From assembly GCA_963809955.1 (NCBI GenBank), contig CAWELQ010000010.1:54667-118666 (forward strand): 64,000 nucleotides of DNA, written 5' to 3'. This DNA comes from an uncultured delta proteobacterium (GTDB lineage Bacteria > Myxococcota_A > Polyangia > Polyangiales > Polyangiaceae). Position 1 is the stretch's first letter; each line of letters opens with the position of its first letter. The notes under the pieces were generated by a model, which was not told the origin of the DNA, ran no database searches, and worked only from the letters and a program-made list of their open reading frames with translations. Of this stretch, positions 1 through 10,148 are shown piece after piece. The translations under genes and the position numbers were made by a program.

Positions 1-425
1 CGGCGTATGTCGTCCACCTGACCGTTCGCCCCCAGTGACGCAGGCGCTTCCGCTCAGCCTTTCCAACGTCGTGATCCGCCGGTCGAGGTTTTTTGTGGGT
101 TTCCGCGCCCACCGGCAGCAACCGAGGCCTGCCTGCCTCATTTTACCGGCCGCACGTTGACAAGGCCGCCGGGTTCGCCCATATTCCCGGCCCCCGAGCG
201 CTGTGAGCGCCCGAAATTGAGGAAGTAAGTTCAATGGTTTCTTCGACCCAACAAACGGAGACACGCCGATCCATGCGGCAGCGTCGCGCTGGCAGGCTCG
301 CCAAGCGGGCGCGGACTCGCCTGGGCACGCCTCCATTTCCGGTCCACCCCGAGGGCTACGACCCCAAAAAGCCAGACGCGAAGAAGCCGGAAGGCGACTC
401 GTAAATCAGTTCAGGACTCAGCTTT

Positions 426-689
426 ATGGCGAATCATCCTTCTGCAGCCAAGCGCAACCGACAGCGAATCGGCCGGACCGCGCGCAATCGCACCGTACGC
501 AGCAGCGTGCGTACCGCCGTGAAAAAAGCCAGAACGGCAATCGCGAGCGGCGATGCGGGGCAAGCCGCCGCGATCGTAAAGAGCGCCACTTCGGCGCTGG
601 CCACCGCGGCCAGCAAAGGCGTCGTGCACCCGAAGACCGCAGCGCGCACCACTTCACGCATTCAGGCCGCCCTGGCCAAGCTCGGCTGA
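426..689 (+). CDS. rpsT: 30S ribosomal protein S20
   Basis: 87-aa basic Ala/Lys/Arg-rich protein; N-terminus MANHPSAAKRNRQ... matches the conserved S20 N-terminus; typical S20 size. Confidence 0.93.
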   Translation: MANHPSAAKRNRQRIGRTARNRTVRSSVRTAVKKARTAIASGDAGQAAAIVKSATSALATAASKGVVHPKTAARTTSRIQAALAKLG

Positions 690-738
690 AGCTCACTCGC
701 CCGGGTAGGCCTGGGCACGCTTGAAGGGCTGACCAGTT

Positions 739-793
739 ATGGGTCGCTTGGCCTCGGTCCCGGGCCTGTGAGGGCCCGATGGTGCCCTCAACG
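739..793. repeat. Intergenic repeat copy A (about 55-70 bp) immediately 3' of rpsT; contains hairpin CGGGCC-tgtgag-GGCCCG
   Basis: Core gtgggtcgctt.gcctcggtcccgg..ctgtgagggcccga...ccctca.cg shared at about 85% identity with copy B at 4034-4090; coordinates +/-2. Confidence 0.6.
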
Positions 794-995
794 CGACCGG
801 TTGGTCAGGCCGCATCTGCCTATTTGCTCTGGTCTCCAGGGCTTCGCGATGGGCCGATGCCCCGATGTGGGCTCGGCTACCCGCGCGTCGCCTATGATTC
901 GTCGCGACAAACTCGCGGTTTGTTGGCCTGGGCCGGGCTAAGCTGCGGATCATGACTGGAGTTGGGCAGAGCGCGGTTTCAGCGGGGGTGCAACC

Positions 996-2438
996 GTGCC
1001 ACTAGCCGGAAAGGCCGAACAGCTCCAAGCACTCGTGGGCACTACCATCGCTGGTAAGTACCGGATCGAACGCCTGGTCGGCTCCGGTGGAATGGGCGCT
1101 GTTTACGAAGCGCTGAACACCACCATCAACAAGCGCGTGGCGCTCAAGTTCCTGTTTCGCGAAGAGGCCGTGGACAGCGCCACGGCCGCCCGCTTTCAAC
1201 GCGAGGCTGAAGCCGCAAGCGCCGTGGACAGCGCTCATATCGTCGAAATCTTCGACGCGGGCACCGGCACTGATGGGCGTCCCTACCTGGTCATGGAGTT
1301 GCTCGATGGCGAGGATCTTCGTACACGACTCAAGCGCGAGGGGCCCCTTGCGCTTGAGGTCGCGCTGACCCTGGTAGGACAGATCCTGCGAGCCCTCGGT
1401 CGTGCGCATGAAAAGGGGATCATCCATCGCGATCTCAAACCGGACAACATCTTCGTCTGTCGGCGAGACGACGATCCTCTGTTCGTGAAGATTGTCGACT
1501 TCGGAATATCCAAGATCGTCAATAGTCCTGGTGACACGCTCACTCGCGAGGGCACGGTGCTGGGCACCGCTCACTACATGTCCCCGGAGCAGGCTCAGGC
1601 ATTTCCCGACATCGATGGTCGAGCCGATCTGTTCAGCGTGGGCGCCATTCTTTACGAGACTCTGGCTGGGCGGCCCCCCCACACCGCGGCAACCTTCGAA
1701 GCGGTGCTGATCCGCATCTGCACCACGCCCGCGCCCGACATCCGAGAATTCGCGCCCGCCCTTCCGGAGGCGCTCGCCAAGGTTATCCACAAGAGCATCG
1801 CACGCGAACGCGAGCAACGCTTCCAGAGCGCGCGAGAGTTCGCGGAGGCGCTCGGAGCGGCAGCTCCAGAAACTGGGCGGAGCCTCGTTTCCGTGCCACC
1901 GGTCGTTGGAGGCTCGGCCTTCGCGGATACCGTCGAGAGCGCCCCGGCGCCGCCCACCACGCCGGACGCTCCGCACGGGTCAGCTCTGCCCGCGAGCAAT
2001 CGAGCGCGTGTGCCGTCCCGAGTCGGTGGGCGAACCGTGGCCATCGCGATCGCTCTTGCCGTGCTCGGCGCACTCTGGTTCGTCGGTTTCAGGGCTCAGC
2101 GCGAACCACCGGTCGGCACGAAGTCGACTCCCCCTGCAGCGCCGTTGCCGAAGGTCCCCACCGCCGAGGCGGCTCGGGCCCGAGTCTCGGAACGACCCCT
2201 GCAGACGACCGCGACGCATCCTCCACCCTCCCCGACCCTCGGCCCTCCACGAGCGCGCACTGCCGAGCGTGCTCGCGCGCCAAGGACGACTCCCCCCAAT
2301 GCACCCCAGCCTGCCGGTAGGTCGAAGGGGAGCGCCTCTCCCGCGACGAGCCCCGCTTCCGCCAGCGCCGAAAGTCGGAATCCCGCTCCCAGGGTCGGCG
2401 TCGCCGGGCAGCTGCGCCTGAAGACAGAAGGCCCCTGA
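996..2438 (+). CDS. Ser/Thr protein kinase (Hanks-type) with Pro-rich, membrane-anchored C-terminal tail
   Basis: GTG start. G-loop GSGGMGAVYEA, VALKFL, catalytic loop HRDLKPDN, DFGIS, SPEQ. C-terminal hydrophobic segment AIAIALAVLGALWFVGF followed by Pro/Ala-rich low complexity. Confidence 0.9.
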   Translation: MPLAGKAEQLQALVGTTIAGKYRIERLVGSGGMGAVYEALNTTINKRVALKFLFREEAVDSATAARFQREAEAASAVDSAHIVEIFDAGTGTDGRPYLVMELLDGEDLRTRLKREGPLALEVALTLVGQILRALGRAHEKGIIHRDLKPDNIFVCRRDDDPLFVKIVDFGISKIVNSPGDTLTREGTVLGTAHYMSPEQAQAFPDIDGRADLFSVGAILYETLAGRPPHTAATFEAVLIRICTTPAPDIREFAPALPEALAKVIHKSIAREREQRFQSAREFAEALGAAAPETGRSLVSVPPVVGGSAFADTVESAPAPPTTPDAPHGSALPASNRARVPSRVGGRTVAIAIALAVLGALWFVGFRAQREPPVGTKSTPPAAPLPKVPTAEAARARVSERPLQTTATHPPPSPTLGPPRARTAERARAPRTTPPNAPQPAGRSKGSASPATSPASASAESRNPAPRVGVAGQLRLKTEGP

Positions 2439-2493
2439 AGCGGCATCGCGCGTCGGGATTGCGCTCCGCTTGTGCTAGTGTGGACAATCGTTC

Positions 2494-4020
2494 ATGCGGA
2501 TGTCCTGGCGACTGGTCCCGCGCATGTGGGGAGGGTTTGCGCTCGGCACCACCGCCGCTCTGGTCCAAGCCGGGGTCGCGAGCGCTCAGTCCTCGGGCAC
2601 TGCTCTCGAAGCCGGATCGACGCCCCCCGGCAGTCAAGCCCAAGGCGCCCCACGAGCGGAGCCTCCATCCAGTCTCGCGCGGCAACACTTCGAGAACGGG
2701 GTCCGCCTGTACCAGGACGGAAACTACACGGCAGCCCTGGTCGAATTCCAGGCCGCGTTCCAAATCAAGCCCGGCGCGGGTTCGCTGCAAAACATCGCGC
2801 TGTGCCAAAAGGCCTTGTTTCGCTACGCGGCCGCAGCCAGCACACTCGAGCTCTTGCTTTCGAGCTACGGGGAAAGCCTGACGCCGGACGAGCAGGTCGA
2901 CATCCGTGCTGCCCGCGACGAGCTCCGCGGGTTGACCCGAAAAGTCCGGTTTCGGGTGTCACCGACAACGGCCGCACTCCGCATCGACGGCGAGCCCATA
3001 GATGGCAGCGCGCTCGCTCAGGGCCTCAGGCTGAACGTCGGTGAACACCGGTTGGTGGCCACGGCTCCGGGCTACGCCCTCGAGGAGCGGCCGATAAGGG
3101 TGGCCTCGGGCCACGAGACCGCGCACATCGAAGTGGTACTGAAGCCCATCGCCGGGTTCGTGACCATTCAAACCGAAGAGCGCAAGGCCGCCATTGCCAT
3201 CGATGGTCAGGCGCGCGCCTATGGCGACTGGTCGGGCCCCCTCGATCCTGGCGAGCACCTGCTGCAAATTTACCAACCAGGGCATGAAACGGTCGAGGAG
3301 CCCTTCGAGGTGGAGGTCGGCGAACGCAAGATCATTCGCGCCAGCGCTGGTGGAGCGATCGAGGAAAGCGCCCTGACGAAATCCGGAGAGCGACCCATTC
3401 TGCGCACGCGTGGCTGGTACGGACTCGGCTCGTTCAACGTCCTGCTGGTACCCGATGCGCCCGACGGCGTGCGCGTGAACAACAGCTGGAACAGCGGAGC
3501 CCTCAGCTGGGGCGGGCGCGCCGGCTACCGCTTGTGGACGGCGCTCGGCCTGGAGCTTTTGGTCGAAGGGGGCCTGACCCGCGTCAAGGACGCCTGCGTG
3601 GAAAAATCCGCAAAAACCAGGTGGCAAGGCATCGACGTCGTCTGCGGCGAAAGCGAGAGCGAACCGGGCCTGGACTACGCGATCAACGCATTTCGCCTGG
3701 GGGGCAACCTGCGCTTGTTCAGCAACGGAACGCGCGCGCGCTTCACTTCGACGCTGGGTTTCGGTGGAGTGACGCACCGCTTCGAACTGCAAAAGCCCGA
3801 GGACGACAGCTTCGATGCCCAGGCGCTGAACGGCTATGTCCTGGTCGAGGTGGGTGTACAATTCAACCTGAACCGCCTGCTGCTGGAGGCGGACTTCGTC
3901 ACCTACGTCGAGAGTCGGGGCTCGTTGGGCAACGACGACCGAGATCTCTTCAACGAGGGAGGCTTGAAGAGCCTCGGCTTCGGCCTAAGGGCGGGCTGGA
4001 GCGAATGGAAGGCGCCCTAG
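2494..4020 (+). CDS. Secreted protein with N-terminal TPR-like helix pair and PEGA-like beta-sandwich repeats; C-terminal beta-rich region
   Basis: Signal peptide with AxA site (GVASAQS). TPR-like YQDGNYTAALVEFQAAFQIKP. PEGA-like block VRFRVSPTTAALRIDGEPIDGS...HRLVATAPGYALEERPIRV. Immediately downstream of the STPK, a typical myxobacterial STPK/PEGA pairing. Confidence 0.6.
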   Translation: MRMSWRLVPRMWGGFALGTTAALVQAGVASAQSSGTALEAGSTPPGSQAQGAPRAEPPSSLARQHFENGVRLYQDGNYTAALVEFQAAFQIKPGAGSLQNIALCQKALFRYAAAASTLELLLSSYGESLTPDEQVDIRAARDELRGLTRKVRFRVSPTTAALRIDGEPIDGSALAQGLRLNVGEHRLVATAPGYALEERPIRVASGHETAHIEVVLKPIAGFVTIQTEERKAAIAIDGQARAYGDWSGPLDPGEHLLQIYQPGHETVEEPFEVEVGERKIIRASAGGAIEESALTKSGERPILRTRGWYGLGSFNVLLVPDAPDGVRVNNSWNSGALSWGGRAGYRLWTALGLELLVEGGLTRVKDACVEKSAKTRWQGIDVVCGESESEPGLDYAINAFRLGGNLRLFSNGTRARFTSTLGFGGVTHRFELQKPEDDSFDAQALNGYVLVEVGVQFNLNRLLLEADFVTYVESRGSLGNDDRDLFNEGGLKSLGFGLRAGWSEWKAP

Positions 4021-4033
4021 AGGGCTGAATACT

Positions 4034-4090
4034 CGTGGGTCGCTTCGCCTCGGTCCCGGCTCTGTGAGGGCCCGAAAACCCTCACCGAGA
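4034..4090. repeat. Intergenic repeat copy B, immediately 3' of the PEGA-protein gene
   Basis: Aligns with 739-793 over about 55 bp with a few mismatches; both copies start about 45 bp after a plus-strand stop codon and are preceded by agggctga. Confidence 0.6.
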
Positions 4091-4355
4091 ATCGCGCTCG
4101 CCCGTTGGAACCGCCGAGCAGGTTGCCAACTGCGTCGGCACGGCATGCTGCCCGATCGGGTCTCTACTTCGTTGACTGGTGTCGACCAACAGCCCGTTGG
4201 TCGCTAGGGGGACGCCCCTGACGCTTGGAGGTGGATTTTTGTCGCCGGTTTGGCTCCGAGGGGCGGGGGCATTGATCCTCGTCGACAACCCGATAGGATG
4301 CCCGGGCCGAAGTAGGGGCATTTCGCCCGCGCCATTGTCACCAGCAGGGGACCGC

Positions 4356-6320
4356 ATGTCAGAGCAAGACAAGAAGATCGAAACCTTCAGCGAACAATCG
4401 AAAACACTCGAGCCATCCGCCGAATTTTCGGCGCAGGCACGCATCCGCTCCCGCGAGCAGTACGACAAGATGTACCGCGAAAGCCTGGATTCTCCCGACA
4501 GCTTTTGGAAGCGCGAAACGCAAGAGCTGGTATTCAGGAAACCCTGGGAAAAGCTACTCGAATACCAGAGCCCTTTCGCCAAGTGGTTCGTCGGTGCCGA
4601 GCTCAACGTTACGGAAAGCTGCCTGGACAAACATCTGACCGGTCCCGCACGTGACAAGCAAGCTCTCATCTGGGAAAGCGAACCGGGCGAGGTGCGCACC
4701 ATGAGCTACGCGGAGCTCACCGAAGCCGTGATTCGATTTGCTGCGGCGCTCAAGAACGCCGGTATCGGCAAAGGGGACCGCGTCGCCATCTACATGGGAA
4801 TGGTGCCGGAGGTCGTGGTCGGAATGCTGGCTTGTGCAAGAGTCGGCGCTCCGCACACCGTCGTGTTCGGCGGGTTCGCCGCCGACTCTCTCAAAGACCG
4901 CATCAACGACTGTGGTGCCAAGGCCGTGCTGACTCAGGACGGAGCCTGGCGCAAAGGTAAGGTGGTGCCGCTCAAAGCAACCGTCGACGAAGCACTCGAG
5001 GGAACCAGTTCCGTCGAAAAAGTATTCGTCTACTCGCGCCTCGGGTCCGAGCACGTTCAGGTGACGATGAAGCCGGGCCGTGACCTCGACTGGTACGAGG
5101 CCGTCGATGCGGCGGACCGAAGCCTCGGCGAGAAACCGGAAATCGTCGATGCCGAACACCCCCTGTTCATCCTGTACACCTCGGGTTCGACCGGAAAACC
5201 CAAAGGGGTCTTGCACACCAGCGCCGGCTACCTCGCCGGCACGCACGTGACCAGCAAGTACGTTTTCGACCTTGCGCCGGAGGATGTCTACTGGTGCACC
5301 GCAGACGTGGGTTGGATCACCGGGCACAGCTACATCGTGTATGGGCCGCTCTCCAACGGAGCCACCTGCCTGCTCTACGAGGGTGCTCCCAATGCGCCTG
5401 ACTGGGGACGCTTCTGGAGCATCATCGAAAAGCATCGCGTCACCATTCTTTACACGGCTCCCACGGCCATCCGCGCCTTCATGCGCCAGGGCAACGAATG
5501 GCTCGACAAACACGACCTTTCGAGCCTCCGCCTGCTCGGCACGGTGGGCGAACCCATCAACCCCGAGGCGTGGACCTGGTACCATCGACAAGTGGGCAAG
5601 GGGAAGTGCCCGGTAGTCGATACCTGGTGGCAAACGGAAACGGGCGCCATCATGATGACCACACTGCCAGGAGCGCACACGATGAAGCCCGGCAGCTGCG
5701 GCCTGCCCTTCTTCGGCGTCTCGCCGGAGTGCGTCACCAGCGACGGCACGCCCGTTGGCGCTCACGAAGGTGGTCTACTGGTCATCCGAAAACCCTGGCC
5801 CAGCATGCTGCGCACTGTCTGGGGCGACGACCAGCGCTACAAGCAACAGTACTGGAGCGACGTACCCGGGTCCTACTTCACGGGTGACGGAGCGCATACC
5901 GATTCGGACGGCTACTTCACCGTGGTGGGGCGCATCGACGACGTGCTCAACGTTTCCGGTCACCGTATCGGTACCGCCGAAATCGAGAGCATTCTGGTGG
6001 CCCACCAGGCAGTGGCCGAGGCCGCGGCCGTGGGCCGTCCGGACGATCTCACGGGGCAAGCCCTGGTCGCATTCGTAACATTGAAGGCGGGCATCGAGCC
6101 AAGCGACGAGATGGCACGAGAGCTTGCCGATCACGTCGCCAAAGACATCGGAAAGTTTGCACGCCCGGCCGCAATCCGTTTCGCGGACGGCCTCCCCAAG
6201 ACGCGCAGTGGCAAGATCATGCGACGCTTGCTGAAGGACATCGCCGCCGGCCGCGAAACCAGCGGCGACGTGTCCACGCTGGAGGATCAGGCGGTGCTCG
6301 CCAAACTGCGTGGAACGTGA
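4356..6320 (+). CDS. acs: Acetyl-CoA synthetase (AMP-forming)
   Basis: Full-length match to Acs family landmarks: [12 protein letters not shown] (AMP-binding), WWQTETG, C-terminal [12 protein letters not shown] at 4356 gives about 654 aa, the canonical size; the upstream 59 codons of the ORF look like non-coding read-through. Confidence 0.93.
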   Translation: MSEQDKKIETFSEQSKTLEPSAEFSAQARIRSREQYDKMYRESLDSPDSFWKRETQELVFRKPWEKLLEYQSPFAKWFVGAELNVTESCLDKHLTGPARDKQALIWESEPGEVRTMSYAELTEAVIRFAAALKNAGIGKGDRVAIYMGMVPEVVVGMLACARVGAPHTVVFGGFAADSLKDRINDCGAKAVLTQDGAWRKGKVVPLKATVDEALEGTSSVEKVFVYSRLGSEHVQVTMKPGRDLDWYEAVDAADRSLGEKPEIVDAEHPLFILYTSGSTGKPKGVLHTSAGYLAGTHVTSKYVFDLAPEDVYWCTADVGWITGHSYIVYGPLSNGATCLLYEGAPNAPDWGRFWSIIEKHRVTILYTAPTAIRAFMRQGNEWLDKHDLSSLRLLGTVGEPINPEAWTWYHRQVGKGKCPVVDTWWQTETGAIMMTTLPGAHTMKPGSCGLPFFGVSPECVTSDGTPVGAHEGGLLVIRKPWPSMLRTVWGDDQRYKQQYWSDVPGSYFTGDGAHTDSDGYFTVVGRIDDVLNVSGHRIGTAEIESILVAHQAVAEAAAVGRPDDLTGQALVAFVTLKAGIEPSDEMARELADHVAKDIGKFARPAAIRFADGLPKTRSGKIMRRLLKDIAAGRETSGDVSTLEDQAVLAKLRGT

Positions 6321-7087
6321 TGCGAGCCGTCATCATCGGTGCGGGGCGCGGCATGCGACTCGAGCACCACACCCAAGAGATCCCAAAGACCATGGTCCCG
6401 GTGATGGGGCGTCCCATGCTGGACTGGATAGTGGAAGCACTGGGTGGAGCGGGCATCGCCCCCCGCGACATCGTGTTCATCGGCGGCTACGCGGAACACG
6501 TCGTGCGCGAGGCTTACCCGGACTTCACCTTCGTGACGAATCGCGACTTCGAGAACAACAACATCTTGCTCTCACTGATGTGCGCACGGGATTACCTTTC
6601 GGGGGGGTTCGTCTCCACCTATGCCGACATCGTCTACGATGAGGTCATCGCGCGAAAGCTCGCTGAGAGCCCACACGATATCGCTCTGGGCTCGGATACC
6701 GAGTGGCGACGTCGCTACGTGAACCGCACACGCCATCCCGAAAGTGATGCCGAAAAGCTGCGCGCGACGGGAAGCCGCGTGGTCGAGATCAGCCGCCGTA
6801 TTCCCAGCGACAGTGCCAGCGGCGAGTTCGTGGGGGTCATGAAGGTGAGCCCAGCTGGAGCACGAACACTGCTGTCGCACTTCGACCGGGCGGAGTCGGA
6901 GTTTGCCGGCCGCGAATTCCGCGAAGGCCGCAGTTGGGAGAAAGCCTACTTGATCGACCTCTTGCAGCACATGCTCGAGCACGGCGTGGAAATGCACCGC
7001 GAAGACACCCCGGGCGCCTACATGGAAATAGACACGGTAGAAGACCTGTCCTTCGCGGAAGCGTGGTGGCGGAGCCGACCCCAATGA
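6320..7087 (+). CDS. Nucleotidyltransferase (MobA-like NTP-transferase fold; LicC / sugar- or alcohol-phosphate cytidylyltransferase-like)
   Basis: N-terminal AVIIGAGRGMRL (G-x-G-x-R-L nucleotide-binding loop), MVPVMGRPMLDW, C-terminal left-handed-helix-free small domain. Start ATG overlaps the acs stop (TGATG). Confidence 0.7.
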   Translation: MRAVIIGAGRGMRLEHHTQEIPKTMVPVMGRPMLDWIVEALGGAGIAPRDIVFIGGYAEHVVREAYPDFTFVTNRDFENNNILLSLMCARDYLSGGFVSTYADIVYDEVIARKLAESPHDIALGSDTEWRRRYVNRTRHPESDAEKLRATGSRVVEISRRIPSDSASGEFVGVMKVSPAGARTLLSHFDRAESEFAGREFREGRSWEKAYLIDLLQHMLEHGVEMHREDTPGAYMEIDTVEDLSFAEAWWRSRPQ

Positions 7088-7872
7088 GCCAAGTCCGAGC
7101 CTTGCGCGAGCTCACGGCCTCGGACATCATCGCGCTGCTCGATTCGTTCCTGGACGATGCGCCCGCGGCGGCCCTCGCGTTCGACGCCGATGGAACGCTG
7201 TGGTCGGGAGACATCGGTGAGGAAGCCTGCGTCTCCGCAATCGAGCAGGAGCTGATCCGGCCCGAGGCTCACGCAGCGCTGAAGCGTGACGCTGAGCAGT
7301 TCGGTATTCCCAGTGAAGGGTCCCCGAGCGCTGTCGCAGAGCGCCTGGTCGACGCTTTCCATGCCGGTCGCTACCCGGAGCTGAAAGCCTGCGAGATGAT
7401 GGTGTGGTGCTATGCCGGCTGGACAGCGTCCGAGCTCAGAGAACACGTCGCGCGCACCCTGGCGCGTCCCACCTCGCGCGTGGCCCGTTACACACCGCTC
7501 AGCCCGGTGATCGATTGGGCCCGTCGGCGAGGAGTGCACTGCGTGATCATTTCGGCGTCACCCAGACTCGCCGTCGAGGAGGCGGCACGAGAGCTCGGTT
7601 TCCGGCCGGCAGAAATCGCCGCAGGCGACACCCATTCGGCGGACGGACGACTCTTGGTGGAGCTTCGAACCCCCATCCCCTACGCCGAAAGCAAGGCACT
7701 GGCGGGCCGTGCCCTGATCGCCGAGCGACAGTGGCTCGCCACATTTGGCGACAATGTCTTCGATCTTCACATGTTGCAGGCTGCGAGGCTTCCGGTGGCC
7801 GTGCGCCCCAAGCCGCAGCTTTTGGAGGTTCTGGCTGAGGTCGATGGCGCCGCCCTGTTCCGAGAGGTGTAG
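7084..7872 (+). CDS. HAD-superfamily hydrolase (HAD-IB / phosphoserine-phosphatase-like)
   Basis: Motif I FDADGTLW (DxDGT), later SASP...GDNVFDLHML (motif III/IV-like). ATG 7084 overlaps the upstream stop (ATGA). Confidence 0.65.
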   Translation: MSQVRALRELTASDIIALLDSFLDDAPAAALAFDADGTLWSGDIGEEACVSAIEQELIRPEAHAALKRDAEQFGIPSEGSPSAVAERLVDAFHAGRYPELKACEMMVWCYAGWTASELREHVARTLARPTSRVARYTPLSPVIDWARRRGVHCVIISASPRLAVEEAARELGFRPAEIAAGDTHSADGRLLVELRTPIPYAESKALAGRALIAERQWLATFGDNVFDLHMLQAARLPVAVRPKPQLLEVLAEVDGAALFREV

Positions 7873-7997
7873 GCGGGAGTCACGTGCCCCTTGAATGGAC
7901 CTGACCGAGAACAATGGAATTTTTCAAACACAGCAGCGGCGGGCTGCCGCTAGGGAGTTGTGAAGATCTCGCCTTCGAGCTAAACGAGCGAGCCAGT

Positions 7998-8723
7998 ATG
8001 CAGATGCTTCGTAAATACACCGCGCCGAGCTTCCTGGCGCTCGGGCTTTGCCTGGGGGCATGTGGAGGCAGCGAAGAGAAACGCGCGAGCAGCGCGGACG
8101 ATGTAGTGCGCGAAGACCAGGCGGACGAGGGCGCCTCGCAAGTCGGCGTTTCCAGTGAGATCGGTGGCCTGAACCAGGAAGCCGTCGACCGGACGTTCTC
8201 CAAGTCCCTTCAGGATCTGCAGCGGTGCTTGGACCAGGGCGCCGAGCAACTGGAGTTCTTGGGAGGAGACGTGAGCTTCTCCCTCAAGATCGGCACCGAC
8301 GGGCATCTGAGCGACGCTCATCTCGAAGAGTCTACCTTGGGTGACAGAGACACCGAGCTTTGCATGCTGCAGGCGCTCGCCAAGCGCAGCTGGCCCAAAC
8401 CCGTGGGCGGCGAGACGGGGCTGGCTCGCAAGTCGTTCAGTTTCGACATGCCCAAGGACGTCCGGCCCCCCACCGATTGGTCGCGCGACAGCGTCGAGGA
8501 AACACTCGACGAGCTGTCCCAAGACATCGACGGCTGCAAGGACGGAGGCGGAGCCTACACCGTGACGATGTACGTCGGCACCGACGGCTCGGTGATGGCG
8601 GCTGGGGTCGCGCATTCCGAGGATGCGCGGGAATCCGCTGCCGATTGTCTGGTCGCCGCGCTGAAGGGCGCCAAGTTCCCTTCGCCGGGAAGCTGGCCCG
8701 CCAAGGTGAGCTTCTCGCTCTGA
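7998..8723 (+). CDS. Lipoprotein of unknown function
   Basis: Signal plus lipobox ...FLALGLCLGACGGSEEK; acidic mature region; no recognisable catalytic motif. ATG at 7998 chosen over the upstream ATG 7914, which lacks a signal. Confidence 0.5.
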   Translation: MQMLRKYTAPSFLALGLCLGACGGSEEKRASSADDVVREDQADEGASQVGVSSEIGGLNQEAVDRTFSKSLQDLQRCLDQGAEQLEFLGGDVSFSLKIGTDGHLSDAHLEESTLGDRDTELCMLQALAKRSWPKPVGGETGLARKSFSFDMPKDVRPPTDWSRDSVEETLDELSQDIDGCKDGGGAYTVTMYVGTDGSVMAAGVAHSEDARESAADCLVAALKGAKFPSPGSWPAKVSFSL

Positions 8724-8781
8724 GGCACCGGGCTCGCCCTCCCCTCACCCCAGTCGAGCCCCGGGAGCGTTCCCGCTCGGC

Positions 8782-9810
8782 TCAGAGTGACCCGGCCGCC
8801 GGCCCCACGGCGTCGGATGGGCCGACCCCGGCTTCTTCCCGCGCGAACTCCTCGTCGGCCGCCGCGGCGCTCTCGTCCGGTTGGGACGCGCTCACTGGCT
8901 CGCCGAGCTGGAGCACGATCACCACTTCACCGCCCGGCGCAGAGGCGGGGAGTTCACGCGCCGTCGAAGCTTCCTCGGCCGACTTGCTGGCTTCTGTCGG
9001 ATCCAAGGTGACCTTGTCCCGAGCAACGCCCGCGGCCACGAGCCCGTCGGACACCTCGCGGAGCAGCAGCGCGTTCGGCGGCTCTTTGCCCACCTCCCCG
9101 CGCGCGCTGATCGTGTATCGCAGCTTATCGTGCAGCTTGGCGAGGCGACCCAGATTTTTCGTGATGCGCGTCCCGTCCGCGCCGAGCTTGCCGTCCGGTG
9201 CCAGGGTTTGTCGCGGGATCCGAAGCACGGGGGAGCCGTGATCCGTGGAGAGCACGATCACCCCCGAATGAATCGCCGAAGCCTCGAGCAGGGTGGCGTC
9301 CCGTACCAGCTCGGTGAGCTGTCGAACCCGGAGCTCGCGCTGCTGAACCAAGCGCGAGCGTAATTCCGCCTCGCGGAGCTCCGCGGCCAGCTGCGTCTTC
9401 TGCTCCGAAAACACGCGCAAATGGTCGCCCACCCGCGCCAATTCGCCGCGGAGCTGATCGACGAGCACCCCGTTTTCGTCGCGCTCCTGATGGGCCAACT
9501 TGAGGTGCAGATCCGCCTCGGCCAGGCGTCGCTCCTGCTCTTGGACTTCCGACTCGCGTTGCTTCAGGCTGTCCTGGAGCTCCGTGAGCTGCGCCTGGAC
9601 TTGTGCGAGTTCGGCGCGCGCCCTGCGGTGAGCTTCATGCTCCACATCCGCGGCAGACTTGGCTTCCTCGTAGGTGCTTTGGCTGACACACGCCGAAGCG
9701 CCCAGGGACAAAACCAATGCCGCTGCCGTGGCCGTCCATGCGAGTCGCAGCCCATGCGACGAGCTGTGCGCGTTCACCGTCCTTGTATCGAGCATCACAT
9801 TTACCCTCAT
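8782..9810 (-). CDS. Secreted coiled-coil protein with possible OmpA/MotB-like C-terminal domain
   Basis: N-terminal signal peptide; about 170 aa of heptad-like Glu/Arg/Leu/Gln-rich sequence (AELAQVQAQLTELQDSLKQRESEVQEQERRLAEADLHL...). C-terminal block NALLLREVSDGLVAAGVARDKV resembles the OmpA N..LS.RRA..V..L...G...DK. motif. Confidence 0.5.
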   Translation of the reverse strand: MRVNVMLDTRTVNAHSSSHGLRLAWTATAAALVLSLGASACVSQSTYEEAKSAADVEHEAHRRARAELAQVQAQLTELQDSLKQRESEVQEQERRLAEADLHLKLAHQERDENGVLVDQLRGELARVGDHLRVFSEQKTQLAAELREAELRSRLVQQRELRVRQLTELVRDATLLEASAIHSGVIVLSTDHGSPVLRIPRQTLAPDGKLGADGTRITKNLGRLAKLHDKLRYTISARGEVGKEPPNALLLREVSDGLVAAGVARDKVTLDPTEASKSAEEASTARELPASAPGGEVVIVLQLGEPVSASQPDESAAAADEEFAREEAGVGPSDAVGPAAGSL

Positions 9811-9815
9811 CGAGC

Positions 9816-10148
9816 TCAGTTAAGCGCGACTCCGCGGCGATGCAAAATATCCAGGTGTTCCGCGAGGGACAAGCGGTCGACGTCGGACATGCGAATGAAG
9901 CGCAACGCCTGTTGGGACCCGAAGGCCCAAACCGGGCGGGCCAAGGCGTTCAGGATCCTGATCCGTTCCGGCAGACGCAGCTCCAACTTCAGCAAAAGAG
10001 GCTGATCCCTGCGGGTAACGCTGAGGCCGCGATCCACGATGATGCCGGTTGCCGAGATTTCGATCCCCCTGCAATGGGCACTCAGGCTTCCGTTTCGGGC
10101 GATCACCGGGAAATCCGTTCTTGCTCTCAAACCGACCCGTCGTTCCAT
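9816..10148 (-). CDS. PilZ-domain protein (putative c-di-GMP effector)
   Basis: RRVGLRARTDFPV (RxxxR) and EISATGIIV (D/NxSxxG-like) motif pair about 25 aa apart; about 110 aa single-domain size. Sits 5 bp upstream of the coiled-coil gene on the same strand. Confidence 0.6.
   Translation of the reverse strand: MERRVGLRARTDFPVIARNGSLSAHCRGIEISATGIIVDRGLSVTRRDQPLLLKLELRLPERIRILNALARPVWAFGSQQALRFIRMSDVDRLSLAEHLDILHRRGVALN

Noticed and set aside
1002-1976. 324-aa antisense ORF inside the first kinase gene (and similar long antisense ORFs throughout)
   Set aside because: Arg/Gly/Ala-rich translation typical of the wrong frame in 70% GC DNA; fully overlapped by a motif-supported kinase on the other strand
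4179-4355. 59-codon N-terminal extension of the acs ORF
   Set aside because: Gly/Pro/Arg-rich low complexity with no homology to Acs N-termini; ATG at 4356 gives the canonical MSEQ... start and length
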